DNA of 64,000 bases, taken from NCBI GenBank assembly GCA_963752285.1, contig CAVVXN010000004.1, positions 78,918 to 142,917 of the forward strand, read 5' to 3'. A program made the translations under genes and the position numbers. The notes beneath the pieces were generated by a model that searched no databases, had not been told where the DNA came from, and saw only the letters and a program-made list of their open reading frames with translations. The stretch's first letter is position 1. Every line of letters begins with the position of its first letter. Below, in pieces: positions 35,098 through 45,774 of the stretch. The DNA comes from an uncultured Planctomycetota bacterium (GTDB lineage Bacteria > Planctomycetota > PLA2 > JAEUHO01).

Positions 35098-36154
35098 GGG
35101 TCACGGTGAGGATCGGGGAGCCGAGGGGGCGCACGTGGAGCGGTCGCTCCCGCCACACCATCACGAACTCGACGGGAACGTTCAGCGGGACCGGCGCGTC
35201 CCCGGTGGGGAGCTTCCCGGGCGGGATCCGGACCACGAACCACCAGGACTTGTCCTGCAGCTTCAGCTCGTCGAGGTCCTGCTTCCAACCCTCGAACCTC
35301 TGCTTCCAGCGACCTTCCTCCACTTCGGGGTTCTCGTTGGAGACCGAGACGTCGTAGCCCTCCGCTCCCTCGTAGACGAGGCGACCCGTGAGGTCGTCCT
35401 GGGCGACCACGTGGAACGTGAGGGTCGCCTGGACCACGGGGAGCTCCACGCGGCGGCGCAGCTCGGCGTACGGGGCCTCGTTGCGCCACGTTTCGAAGGT
35501 GATCCTCACCGTCTGGGGCGGCGGCACGAGATCCGCGGCGCCGCGGGGGAAGAAGCCGTCCACGTTCACGGGATCGGGGCGGATCGTGGCCCCGACGATT
35601 CCCTTGGGGCACCGGACCGTGGCCGTCAGGGGCGTCACGGCGATCTCGGCCTCGACGCCCTCGGGAAGGCCCCGCGCGGCGCCCTCGACCTTCAGGATCC
35701 CCGGCTCGAGGAAGCTCACCTGTTCCTCGGTCAGTCGGTACTCGTGCGCGTAGCCCGCCTTGAGCTCCCGTTCCAGCCGCTTGGGGAACGGGAACGCGGC
35801 CATCTCGTCCGTGATCGGGAAGTCGTGGTTCGACTCCGTCGGCAGGAGGTCGGGGACCGCGACGACGAGCGTCGGCGGCGCGCCGAGCGCCTCGCGCGCG
35901 GACTCGACCTCGCCTTGCGGACCCGCGAGCTCGAGGGTGGCGGGGCCGTCGGCGTACACCGCGAACGCCTTGGAGCAACGGAGGTCGAGACGCACCTCGA
36001 CCTTCACGATGGGGCCCCAGATGCTCCGCCAGACGACCACCCAGGCAAGGACGGCCAAGATCAGCGCCAGGGCGAGCAGGCCGCCCTCGGACGCGAGCCG
36101 GCCGCCGCGACGCGACGGGGACGCGCTCGCGGAGAACGAGGGGCGGGCGCTCAC
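35081..36154 (-). CDS. YbbR/CdaR-like membrane-anchored protein
   Basis: N-terminal TM (LALALILAVLAWVVVW), beta-rich body, GTG overlaps cdaA stop. Confidence 0.65.
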   Translation of the reverse strand: MSARPSFSASASPSRRGGRLASEGGLLALALILAVLAWVVVWRSIWGPIVKVEVRLDLRCSKAFAVYADGPATLELAGPQGEVESAREALGAPPTLVVAVPDLLPTESNHDFPITDEMAAFPFPKRLERELKAGYAHEYRLTEEQVSFLEPGILKVEGAARGLPEGVEAEIAVTPLTATVRCPKGIVGATIRPDPVNVDGFFPRGAADLVPPPQTVRITFETWRNEAPYAELRRRVELPVVQATLTFHVVAQDDLTGRLVYEGAEGYDVSVSNENPEVEEGRWKQRFEGWKQDLDELKLQDKSWWFVVRIPPGKLPTGDAPVPLNVPVEFVMVWRERPLHVRPLGSPILTVTLKVKE

Positions 36155-36999
36155 GAGGTCGCCTCCACGGACCCGACGTCCTCCTCGGGGGGCATGAGGC
36201 CCTGCTGCTCCGCGAAGATCACGTTCAGGTACGCCGCGAGCCACTCCGGGTCCTTGTAGGGCTGGAGCTCTCCGCGCTCGGCGATCGCGATCTGTCCGGT
36301 CTCCTCCGAGACGACGATCACCGTCGCGTCCGACTGCTCGGACAGGCCGATGGCCGCGCGGTGCCGCGTCCCGTACCGGCGTGCGAGCTGGGGACGCTCC
36401 GTCAGCGGGAGCAGACAGCCCGCGGCCGCGACGCGCCCCCGACGGAGGATCACCGCGCCGTCGTGGAGCACCGTCTCGGTGCTGAAGATCGTGTCGAGCG
36501 TCTCCGCGCGGATCTGCGCATCGAGCGGCACGCCCGTGTCGATGTAGGGCGTGAGGTCGATGTTGCGCTCGATCGCGACGAGGGCGCCGACCTTGCGTTC
36601 GGCGAAAGCCGTCACGGCGCGCACGACCTCGTCCACCGCACGGATCTCCACGGCGCGGCGCCCGTTCTTGCCGAGGATGCCGTGGAACAGCCGGCTGTGG
36701 CCGAGACGTGCGAGACCGTGGCGCAGCTCGGGCTGGAAGAGCACGACCAACGACAGGACGAAGACCGGGAACGCGCTGGCCAGGATGGCGCTCAGCACCT
36801 CCAGGTGGAGGGCCGGCAGGATCAGGAAGAACGCGAGCAGCACGACCCACGAGAGCGTCGCGGGACCCTGGAACATGCGTCCCGCGATCGTGCGACGGAG
36901 GAAACGAAGGAACAGGTAGAGGACGACCCAGAGGAGCGCGATCTCCACGAGGTCTCGCATCTCCAGCCGGGGAATGAGCGCGGCGATCCTCGGGTTCAT
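36151..36999 (-). CDS. cdaA: diadenylate cyclase CdaA/DacA
   Basis: Three TMs, FQPELR, LHDGAV and GTRHRAA motifs, VSEETG. Confidence 0.95.
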   Translation of the reverse strand: MNPRIAALIPRLEMRDLVEIALLWVVLYLFLRFLRRTIAGRMFQGPATLSWVVLLAFFLILPALHLEVLSAILASAFPVFVLSLVVLFQPELRHGLARLGHSRLFHGILGKNGRRAVEIRAVDEVVRAVTAFAERKVGALVAIERNIDLTPYIDTGVPLDAQIRAETLDTIFSTETVLHDGAVILRRGRVAAAGCLLPLTERPQLARRYGTRHRAAIGLSEQSDATVIVVSEETGQIAIAERGELQPYKDPEWLAAYLNVIFAEQQGLMPPEEDVGSVEATS

Positions 37000-37071
37000 C
37001 CGCGGACATCCTACCGGCGGGGTCCGCCGCCGCATCGCACCGTGCGCGGCCTCGGCCCGCTCTCCCGACGG

Positions 37072-37893
37072 TCACGCGCGCGACGTTCGCGTGGCGCCGC
37101 GTATCCTCCCGAGGACGTCCAGGAGGTCCCGCGTCGGCCCGACGTCGTGGACGCGGACCGCGCCGACGCCCGCCTCGAACGCCCGGGCGACGCAGGCGAG
37201 GCTCCCGCCCAGCCGGCCCCCGGGCCCGCGCCCGGTGATCCTCCCGAGGAACGACTTCCGGGACGCGCCGAGCATCACGGGTACGCCGTCTTGGACCAAC
37301 GTCTCGAGCCGCTGGAGGATCTGCAGGTTGTGCTCGGCGGTCTTCCCGAAGCCGAGGCCCGGGTCCACCAGGATCCGGTCGGACGCGATGCCCGACGCGC
37401 GGGCCGCCTCGACCCGGCTCGCGAGCCACGCCCGGACCTCCGCGACGACGTCGTCGTAGTGCGGGTCGGCCTGCATCGTCCGGGGGCGCCCGCGCATGTG
37501 CATGAGCACGATCCCGGCGCCGCGCTCCGCGACGAGCGGCAGCATCGCGTCGTCGTCCCGCCCGGCGCTGACGTCGTTCACGTACGACGCGCCGAGGTCC
37601 AGGGCCCGGGCCGCGAGCCCCGCGCGGCGCGTGTCCACGCTCACGGGAAGGCCGGGGTGCCGGCGTCGGATCGCCTCGACCACGGGGAGGACGCGGCGCG
37701 CCTCCTCCTCGGGCGGGACCTCCTCGGCGCCGGGCCGCGTGCTCTCGCCCCCGACGTCGAGGACGTCCGCCCCCTCCTCGACGAGGCGCGTGGCGTGGGC
37801 GAGGGCCGCGTCGAGGTCGTGGAAGCGGCCGCCGTCGCTGAACGAGTCGGGCGTGACGTTCAGGATGCCCCAGACGGCGGGCGCGCGGTCCAT
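37072..37893 (-). CDS. folP: dihydropteroate synthase
   Basis: GILNVTPDSFSDGG, GGESTRPG, DPGLGFGK, SRKSF, RVHDV. Confidence 0.97.
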   Translation of the reverse strand: MDRAPAVWGILNVTPDSFSDGGRFHDLDAALAHATRLVEEGADVLDVGGESTRPGAEEVPPEEEARRVLPVVEAIRRRHPGLPVSVDTRRAGLAARALDLGASYVNDVSAGRDDDAMLPLVAERGAGIVLMHMRGRPRTMQADPHYDDVVAEVRAWLASRVEAARASGIASDRILVDPGLGFGKTAEHNLQILQRLETLVQDGVPVMLGASRKSFLGRITGRGPGGRLGGSLACVARAFEAGVGAVRVHDVGPTRDLLDVLGRIRGATRTSRA

Positions 37894-37903
37894 CAGGGCG
37901 CGG

Positions 37904-39942
37904 TCAGTACGCGAAGCCCTCGAGCGGCTTCTTCCCCTCGTGACCGGGGCCCTCGTCGGGCGAGAGGGAGGCGCCCTTCGGAGGCGTCACCTCGATCGCG
38001 CGGCCGCGGGGGGACTCGCCGTCCGAGGACGACCGGAGGTGGTGGATGTCCTCGCCGCGGAGGATCGCGCCGACCTCCTCGCCGGAGAGCGTCTCGAATT
38101 TGAGGAGCGCGTCCGCGATCTTCTCGAGATCGTCGCGGCGCTCCTTCAGGAGCTGTCGGGTGCTCGCCAGGGCCTCCGAGATCAGACGCTTGATCTCGCT
38201 GTCGATGACGACCGCTGTGGCCTCGCTGTGATCGACGCGCCGCGCGACCTCTCGGCCGAGGAAGAGGTGCTCCTCGCCCTCCACGAGCGAGATCGGTCCG
38301 ACCTCCTCGCTCATGCCCCAGCGCGTGACCATGAGCCGGGCGACCTCGGTCGCCTGCTCGATGTCGTTCTGCGCGCCGCTGGAGATGTCGTCGCAGGCCA
38401 GCTCCTCGGCGACCCGTCCGCCGAAGCAGACACGGAGCCGCGAGAGGAGCTCGTTTCGCGTGGCGCCGTAGCGGTCCCGCTCGGGCAGCGACATGGTCGC
38501 GCCGAGGGCCATGCCCCGCGGGATGATCGTGACCTTGTGCAGCGGGTCGGCGTGCGGGGAGAGGACCGTCACGATGGCGTGGCCCGCCTCGTGGTACGCC
38601 GTCCGGCGGCGTTCCTGGTCGGTCATGTACATGCTGCGGCGGGAGCGTCCGAACCGGATCTTGTCGCGGGCCTCCTCGAGGTCCTGGGGCTCCACGCGCT
38701 CCCGGTCGGCGGTGACCGCCATCAGCGCGGCCTCGTTGACGAGCGCCTCGAGGTCGGCGCCGCTGAACCCCGGGGTCGCGCGCGCGACGCGCTCGAGGTC
38801 CACCCGCGGCGAGAGCTTCACCTTGCGGCCGTGGATGCGGAGGATCTGCTCGCGGCCCTTGAGGTCCGGCAGGTTGATCACGATCTGACGGTCGAATCGG
38901 CCGGGCCGGAGGAGGGCGGGGTCGAGGACGTCCGGGCGGTTCGTGGCCGCCAGGAGGATGATCCCCTGGTCGGTGTCGAAGCCGTCCATCTCGACCAGGA
39001 TCTGGTTGAGCGTCTGCTCGCGCTCGTCGTGCCCGCCCCCGAGTCCGGTGCCGCGACGGCGGCCCACGGCGTCGATCTCGTCGAGAAAGACGATGCACGG
39101 AGCGTTCTCGCGCGCCTGCTTGAACAGGTCGCGGACGCGGCTGGCGCCGACCCCGACGAACATCTCGACGAAGTCCGATCCGGAGACGGAGAAGAACGGG
39201 ACGCCCGCCTCGCCGGCGATCGCCTTCGCGAGGAGCGTCTTGCCGCACCCGGGGGGACCCACCAGGAGCACGCCGCGCGGGATGCGAGCGCCGATCCGTC
39301 GGAACCGCTGCGGCGAACGTAGGAACGCCACGATCTCGCCGACCTCGTCCTTGGCCTCCTCGATGCCGGCGACGTCCTCGAACGTCACCTGTGTGCGCTC
39401 CTTGAAGTGCAGCCGCGCGCGGGAGCGGCCGAACTGCATCACGCCGGAGCCGCCGACGGCCCGCATCTGGCGCAAGATCAGCAGCCAGACGAGGACGAAG
39501 AGGATCAGCCACGGCAGGAACGAGACCATCTGCTTCCAGAACCCGCCGCTGCTCTCCTTCATCTCGAGCCGCCCGCCCGTCTTCGCGAGCTCCTGCTGCC
39601 ACACGACCTGCATGTCGGCCGTGAGCGGGTTGTTGGGCGCCCCGATGGGGCCGGTGTACGGGACCTCGAACTTGAGGTTGGTGTAGCCGTGGTCGGCCTT
39701 CGGGTCGTACGCCCCCTCGATGTGGTTCCCGTCGTAGATCGTGACGTCCTTGACGTACCCCTTCTGGATGTCGCTGCCGAGCTCCTCGAGGGTCGTCTCG
39801 CGGCGGTTCTCCCGCTGCTGGGTCACGAGCAGGATCACGATCGTGATCAGCCCGAGCATGAGCAGGAGGAGAGGCGCGTTCCGGCGCGAGGCGGGGGGAC
39901 GCGGGCCGCTGGAGGGCGGCGTGGGGGGGGGCGTTCGTCCAT
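37904..39942 (-). CDS. ftsH: ATP-dependent zinc metalloprotease FtsH (continuous ORF from 39859; likely start 39942 lies across a G9 run)
   Basis: [28 protein letters not shown]; two TMs. Confidence 0.95.
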
Positions 39943-40057
39943 CGGGAGCGAGTCTACCGGGGGGGGTCGGGGCGCCTCCGACCGGGACCGCCCCCGGGAC
40001 CCGCCGTCGCCCCGGGACGGGACCCGGGGTCGTGGACCCCAGCCCCGTGCGGCCACA

Positions 40058-40570
40058 TCAGAGGTCCGCCTCGAGCCCCTGGACGACCCGCACGGCCACG
40101 CGACGGGTCCACTCGTCGTACCCGAAGCCCTCGAGGGTCTCCCCGAATCGATCCGGCACGTAGTCCGTCGTGTCGTCGGCCCGGTACGTCTTCAGCACGC
40201 GGCCGGACCGGCGATCGCGGACGCGGACGCGGACCCCGCCTTGCACGCGCTTCTCGACCGCGCGCCGCTCGGCGTTCTCGAGGGTGACGGCCTCGGACAC
40301 GTCCATCGTCCCGTCGAGGAGCAGGTCGGCGGTCTCGGGCGACGCGAAGCCATACGAGGTGCGCGCGCGGATCTCGCGCACCACCGCCTGCATGAGCCTC
40401 AGGTCCACGTCGCGGCGGTATCCCGGATACGTGAACGGCAGGACCGCGACCGTGCGCGCGCTCGGGAACTGGTCGAGCGGCCGGGTCGTGTACCCGCACG
40501 CCCCGAGGGCGAGGAGCGCGAGCGCCGCCGCCCCTCCGAGACGGACCGCCGGGAGACCCGCACGCGTCAC
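40058..40570 (-). CDS. lptE: LptE-like lipoprotein
   Basis: Lipobox LGAC-GYT, TVAV..F, ADLLLDG; downstream of bamD-like gene. Confidence 0.75.
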   Translation of the reverse strand: MTRAGLPAVRLGGAAALALLALGACGYTTRPLDQFPSARTVAVLPFTYPGYRRDVDLRLMQAVVREIRARTSYGFASPETADLLLDGTMDVSEAVTLENAERRAVEKRVQGGVRVRVRDRRSGRVLKTYRADDTTDYVPDRFGETLEGFGYDEWTRRVAVRVVQGLEADL

Positions 40571-41936
40571 GGGAGCGTGCGCACCCGGGGGGCGGAAGGG
40601 GCTCGCCCGGCGGCGGTGGAGGCGCCGGCCCCGGCGGGGGCGTCGCGGCGGACGGCGCGGTTCCCGCGGGACCCGACGGCGCGGCGACGGGCGACGGCGG
40701 CGCGAGCGGGGGCGGCGGAGGGGACGGGGCGGGGACCGCGGTCGAAGGCGCGGGGCCGGGGACGACCCGCGCGCCGGCGGGCGGCGCCGGGACGACGCGC
40801 GGACCCGACGCGGCGACCTGGACCGACCGCGCCTCGATGCGTCGCAGCGCCTCGCGGCCTGCGGTCGTGGACGGCCAGGAGGCGGCGGTCCGCTCGAACA
40901 CCTCGGCGCTCGCCAGATCTCCGGTCCGCCGGTACCAGTCGGCGCGCGCGAGGGCCTTCGCGGCGAGTCGGCTTCGCGCCTCCTCGGCGCGGGCGGTCGC
41001 GTACTGGATCTCGCGCCGGTACTCGACCGCACGGCCCGGGTCCTGTCGCATGCGCGCGAGGAACGCCTCGTACTGCTCGAGTGCGAGGGCCACGGCGCTG
41101 TCCACCGGACCGGCCATGATCGCCGCGTCGCCCTCGACCGGCTCGCGTGGGTCCACGCGCACGAAACCGGCCTCGTACGGCGCGCCCTGGTCGCGGGCCA
41201 TGTACGTGTCGGCGAGCTCGATCCGCGCGCGGAAGCTCCATTCGCTGTCGGGGTAGCGCGTCAGGAGCTCGCGGTAGTGCAGCGCGGCGGACGCGTAGTC
41301 GCGATCCTTGGCGTAGTACTGCCCGAGGCGGAGCAGCGCGTCGTCGGGGTACGAGCCGGCCGGGAACGTCTCGGCGACGAACTTGAGCCCGTCGATCGCC
41401 GCGTCGTCGGTCCTGAGGAAACCGAGGAGGCCCGACCCCCCGTCCAGCGCGTGCACGGACGACTCGTAGATCTCCTCCTCGACCTCGGCGAGGTGCGGGT
41501 TCACGGGCGCGATCTGCATGTAGCCCTTGAGTGCGCGGATCGCGTCGCGATACGCCCGCGCGCGGTACAGGGCGTGGCCCTGACGGAATCTCGCCTCCGC
41601 GGCGTACTCGTACTCGGGATAGTGCTCGACCACCGACTGGAAGAGCGGCGCCGCGGCCGCCGGGTTCGTCGCGTCGAGCCGGACCGCCTGCTCCCAACGC
41701 GCGCGCGCCTCGGCGAGCCGGCGGCTGGCCACCTGCCGGAGCGCTTCGGGGTCGGCCGCCGCCTTCTTCGGCGAGGATCCCGCCACGCCGCGCGCGCGGT
41801 TGTCGCCCGCGACGGCGTTCGGGATGAAGACGGCGGTCGCGGACGACGAGCCCTTGTGGGGGAGCTCGTCGAACGGGGTCTTGGTGCCCGCGCATCCGGC
41901 GACGAGGAGGCAGCCGACGAGGACGGCGTTCCGCAT
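40567..41936 (-). CDS. BamD-like TPR lipoprotein (probable frameshift near 40590; as assembled the ORF runs on to 39954)
   Basis: Lipobox VAGC, TPR helices, AALHYRELLTRYPDSEW, Pro-rich tail. Confidence 0.75.
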
Positions 41937-42017
41937 CGCCCCAAGATATCCGCGCGTACGGAGGCGGGGCAAAATCCACCGCGGCACGCGGGCGCGTGGT
42001 CGCTCTCGTGCCCCGGG

Positions 42018-42842
42018 TCACCGTGGGAGCGCGGCCAGCGACGCGGGACGACGCTCCAAGAGGTGGGGCAGCAGGAGGTCGTGGAGCCGGCGGAGCGCGC
42101 GCACCTCGGCGGACGCCAGCGGTTCTCGCGCGAGCTCGTCGATGCGCGCGGTGTAGAGCCGCACGAGGGCCTGGCGGAGCGCGGGCGAGAGCGACGCGCG
42201 GGGTCCGTCTGGCGCGCACCGCGCGTGCACGAGACCGCCCGCCGCCGGCGAGAACGCCGCGCCTCCGCCCACCGCGCGCTCGCACACCGCGCAGGCGTCC
42301 AGCCGCGGACGCAGCCCGACCGCCGCCACGGCGCGCGCCTCGAACCAGCACACCCACGCCGCGCGCGCCACCGTCTCGGCGAGGCCGAGCGCGCCGAGCG
42401 CGGTGCGCGCGGCGCCGTAGAGGGCGGGGTTCGGCAGCGCGGGTCGGAGCCACGCGCGCAGGATCTCGACCACGTAGGAGGCGGCCAGGTACGCGCCGAG
42501 GTCGCGGCCGAGCCCGGGGAAGGCGCGACCGTGTCGGAAGCGCAGGAGAAGCTCGAGTTCCGCGCCGGCTCGCCGCGAGAGCTCCGCCTCGCCCCGTTCG
42601 AGGAGCGACAGTCCGCCCTCGAACGCCGCCCCGGGCCGGCGTGCGCCTTTCGCGAGCGCGGCGACGAGACCCTGTTCTGGCGTCGCGAGGTGCACGACCT
42701 GGCTCGTCTCGGCGAATGGGATCTGCCGGATCACGATCGCTTCGGTCGTGTACCGCGCACCCCCTCGCCGTCCGGGGCGCGGCACCCCCCCGGCCGTGGA
42801 CCGCGCGGACGTCTGGCGGGCCGACCGCGCCACGAGGCTCAC
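42018..42842 (-). CDS. recO: DNA repair protein RecO (start 42842 or 42785)
   Basis: TEAIVIR.IPFAETSQVV..AKGARR; CAVC...GGLVHARC Zn motif. Confidence 0.9.
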   Translation of the reverse strand: MSLVARSARQTSARSTAGGVPRPGRRGGARYTTEAIVIRQIPFAETSQVVHLATPEQGLVAALAKGARRPGAAFEGGLSLLERGEAELSRRAGAELELLLRFRHGRAFPGLGRDLGAYLAASYVVEILRAWLRPALPNPALYGAARTALGALGLAETVARAAWVCWFEARAVAAVGLRPRLDACAVCERAVGGGAAFSPAAGGLVHARCAPDGPRASLSPALRQALVRLYTARIDELAREPLASAEVRALRRLHDLLLPHLLERRPASLAALPR

Positions 42843-44146
42843 GCGCCGTGGGGCGTGGAGAGGACCTCGACCCGCACGCGTTTCACGGTTCGTTCGTCCG
42901 CGTCGGTCACGGTGAGCGCGACGTTCTCGACGGTCACGCGGTCGCCCGCGCGCGGCACCTTGCCCATACGGTGGAAGACGAGCCCGCCCACGGTCTCGTA
43001 GTCCTGATCGACCGGCAGTGAGAGGGAGAGCATCTCGTTCAGCTCCTCGAGCGACGTGCGTCCCTCGACGAGCAGCGTGCCGTCCTTCCCCGGCGTCGGC
43101 GGCGGCTCCTCCGCCAGGTCGTGCTCGTCCTCGATCTCGCCGACGATCTCCTCGAGCACGTCCGCGATGGTCACGAGTCCCGCGACGCCGCCGTACTCGT
43201 TCATCACGATCGCCATGCTCACGCGGCGGTCGCGCATCTCGTTCAGGAGGTCGTTCAGCGGCTTTCCCTCGGGCACGAAGTACGGGGGGCGCATGATCTC
43301 GCGGACCCGCGCGCGCGGGCGTGCCTGCGAGAGCTCTCTCAGGATGTCGAACGCGTGGATCACCCCGACCACGTCGTCGCGGTCGCGCCCGTACACGGGG
43401 AGGCGGCGGTGGCCGTGTTCGAGCACGTAGCGGACGGCGTCGTGGAGCGTCGCGTCCGCCCGGATGGTCGCGACCTCCCCGCGCGGCGTGAGCACGTCGT
43501 CCACGGTGAGCTCGCCGAGATCGATGATCGACTCGATCATGTCGGCCTCGTGCGCGCTGAGGCTGCCCTCGCGCTCGCCCTCTTCGACGCTCTCGAGCAC
43601 CTCCTCGCGCGCGCTCGGCGCCGGCTCCTCGAGGCGCACGCGCAGGATCCAGCGGAAGAGCCGCGCGAGGGGCCACCGGATCGGTGCGGTCACGACCGTG
43701 AGCGCCGAGAGCCACGGGAGCGCGCGCAGGAGGAAGCGGTTGGGTCGGCGCGAGGCCAGGTGGCGGACCAGGAGGTCGTTCACGAGGAAGCTCACGAGGA
43801 AGGTGATCGCCAGCGTCAGGCCGAGAGGCCCCCAGGGGAACGCCGCGCTCGACCCGCTCGCGCCGAGCTTGTCGTGGAGGGTCAGGAGCGCGATGCCGGC
43901 GACGAGCAGCGCGCTCCCGACGAACCTCGCGATGCGCACCGAGAGCTGGTACACGCCGGAGCGGTCGAGCCGGGCCTCGACGCGCGGTCGGGCGGCGGGC
44001 GGCGTGAGCTCGAGGAGTCGCGAGCGGCTGTAGAGGTCGAGGGCGACCTGGGACCAGGTGCTGAACACCACCAGCATCTCGGCGAAGAGGAAGCAGGCGG
44101 CGAACGTCAGGTCCGACGCGAGGGAGGCGAGCATCACCGATCCCAT
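42839..44146 (-). CDS. hemolysin/CNNM-family CBS-CorC domain membrane protein
   Basis: TM region, V.DVLTPR, RLPVY..D..VG, FVPE.K, EYGG..GLVT..DVLEEIVGEIEDEHD, CorC domain. Confidence 0.92.
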   Translation of the reverse strand: MGSVMLASLASDLTFAACFLFAEMLVVFSTWSQVALDLYSRSRLLELTPPAARPRVEARLDRSGVYQLSVRIARFVGSALLVAGIALLTLHDKLGASGSSAAFPWGPLGLTLAITFLVSFLVNDLLVRHLASRRPNRFLLRALPWLSALTVVTAPIRWPLARLFRWILRVRLEEPAPSAREEVLESVEEGEREGSLSAHEADMIESIIDLGELTVDDVLTPRGEVATIRADATLHDAVRYVLEHGHRRLPVYGRDRDDVVGVIHAFDILRELSQARPRARVREIMRPPYFVPEGKPLNDLLNEMRDRRVSMAIVMNEYGGVAGLVTIADVLEEIVGEIEDEHDLAEEPPPTPGKDGTLLVEGRTSLEELNEMLSLSLPVDQDYETVGGLVFHRMGKVPRAGDRVTVENVALTVTDADERTVKRVRVEVLSTPHGA

Positions 44147-44229
44147 GCGGGCGACGTCGCCTGGTGGAAAGAAGGGCAAGGGCTGGGCTCCGAGGGCGAG
44201 GCGATCGGGGGGACCCGACCGGGCGTAGG

Positions 44230-44826
44230 TTACGGGCGCCGGGCGAGGCTGTCCCTGGGTTTCGTCCTCACGGCCCGCTCGGCCCTGCGGATCGCCTCCC
44301 GGATCCGCGCGGACGGCCCGTCCACGCCGCGGCCCGCGTCGCCTCGGCCGAGGAGGTGGCAGATCGCCAGCGCGAGGGCGTCGGAGGCGTCCAGCGCCTC
44401 GGGCGCGGTCCGAAGTCCCAGGAGACGCACCACCATGGCCTGCACCTGCTCCTTCGTCGCGCGACCCGCGCCGGCGACCGCTCGCTTGACGACGTTGTTC
44501 GCGTAGCCCGTGGCCTCGACGCCCGCTTCGGCGACGACGACGAGCGCCGCGCCGCGCGCCTCCCCGAGCTTCAACGCCGCGCGGGCGTCGCGGCCGTGGA
44601 ACGCCTCCTCGATGGCCGCCTCCGTCGGCGCGTATTCCCGGACGACCTCGCGCAGGCCGGCGGCGATCCGGGCGAGTCGCGTCGCGAGCGGCGCCTTCGC
44701 GTGCGGCGCGAGGACGCCGTGCCCGAGCGCGACGAAGGCGCGACCCCGCCGCTCGACGACGCCCCACCCGAGGAAGCGCGTACCGGGATCGATGCCGAGG
44801 ACGCGTACGATCTCCGATCGCGCCAT
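44230..44826 (-). CDS. ruvC: crossover junction endodeoxyribonuclease RuvC
   Basis: LGIDPG, AIEEAF, LGEARG, G.A.KEQVQ.MV, DASDALALAICH. Confidence 0.96.
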   Translation of the reverse strand: MARSEIVRVLGIDPGTRFLGWGVVERRGRAFVALGHGVLAPHAKAPLATRLARIAAGLREVVREYAPTEAAIEEAFHGRDARAALKLGEARGAALVVVAEAGVEATGYANNVVKRAVAGAGRATKEQVQAMVVRLLGLRTAPEALDASDALALAICHLLGRGDAGRGVDGPSARIREAIRRAERAVRTKPRDSLARRP

Positions 44827-44844
44827 ACCACCATGCTAGTCCGC

Positions 44845-45063
44845 GTACGGAGCCAGAGCAATTCGTCCGAATCACGCTCCGCGGAACCGGTGTACGGAGC
44901 CAGAGCAATTTGTCCGAATCAGGCTCCGCGGAACGGCCGCTGTCTCGCGAGGGATCCGGTCGGGTCCCGACGAATGGCTCTCGCGGCCCGCCCGGCCGGC
45001 CAGCCGCTGCCCTTCTCGTGCCTGCGGGAGCCGTGGCGAGTCGGACAAATTGCTCTGGCTCCG
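44845..45063. mobile_element. MITE-like element with terminal inverted repeats and a duplicated left end
   Basis: 43-bp direct repeats at 44845-44887 and 44892-44934 (2 mismatches); the 23-bp CGGAGCCAGAGCAATTTGTCCGA is inverted at 45041-45063. Confidence 0.6.
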
Positions 45064-45081
45064 CATGTACTGGCTGGGGGA

Positions 45082-45774
45082 TTACTCTTGTTGGAAGAGG
45101 CCCTCCGCGAGGCGTAGGTCGTCCGGCTCTGCGATTCGGAGGTTTGTGATCTCGCCGCGTACCGCGGTCACGGGGATGCCCGCCTGGAGCAGGAGCTCCG
45201 CCTCGTCGTCGAGGTCGGGACTCGGGCCGAAGAGTCCCGGCTCGCGTCGCCGGGCGAGTGCGCGGCGGAGCAGGTCGAGGCGCGCGGCCTGCGGCGACTG
45301 CGCGAGGCCCAGACGGGACCGGTCGAGGCTGCCCTCGAGACGGCTCGGGTGCGCGTCGTCGGCCGGGCTCACGGGGTGGACCGCGTCGCGGACGGGCGCG
45401 ACCGGCGCGGCGGCGCCGTCGCGTCGTGCCGTGGCGAGCACGCGACGTACGAGGTCGGCGGTCGCGAGCGGGCGCGACGCGTCGTGCACGAGTACCACCT
45501 CGATGGTGTCGGGCAGCTGGGCGAGGCCGCGCTCCAGGCTCTCCACCCGCGTCGCGCCGCCCTCGACCTGGCGCGCGTGCGGCAGCAGCCGCTGGACCGC
45601 GCGCTGGTCCTCCTTCCGCGTCACGACGACCAGGGCGAGGCTCCGGACCGCGACCAGGAAGGGCGCGAGCGCGCGCACGATCACGGGCTTGCCCGCGAGC
45701 GGCCGGAGCACCTTCGAGACCGGGCCTCCGAACCGGGCCGAAGGGCCGGCGGCGAGGAGCACGAGACCGTCCAC
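45082..45774 (-). CDS. ispD: IspD-like cytidylyltransferase (divergent)
   Basis: LAAG..RF...K, GGATR..S, VHDASRP, QSPQ. Confidence 0.85.
   Translation of the reverse strand: MDGLVLLAAGPSARFGGPVSKVLRPLAGKPVIVRALAPFLVAVRSLALVVVTRKEDQRAVQRLLPHARQVEGGATRVESLERGLAQLPDTIEVVLVHDASRPLATADLVRRVLATARRDGAAAPVAPVRDAVHPVSPADDAHPSRLEGSLDRSRLGLAQSPQAARLDLLRRALARRREPGLFGPSPDLDDEAELLLQAGIPVTAVRGEITNLRIAEPDDLRLAEGLFQQE

Noticed and set aside
44845-44934. Two 43-bp direct repeats as a mini-CRISPR
   Set aside because: The spacer is only 4 bp, the third copy is inverted, and no cas genes are present
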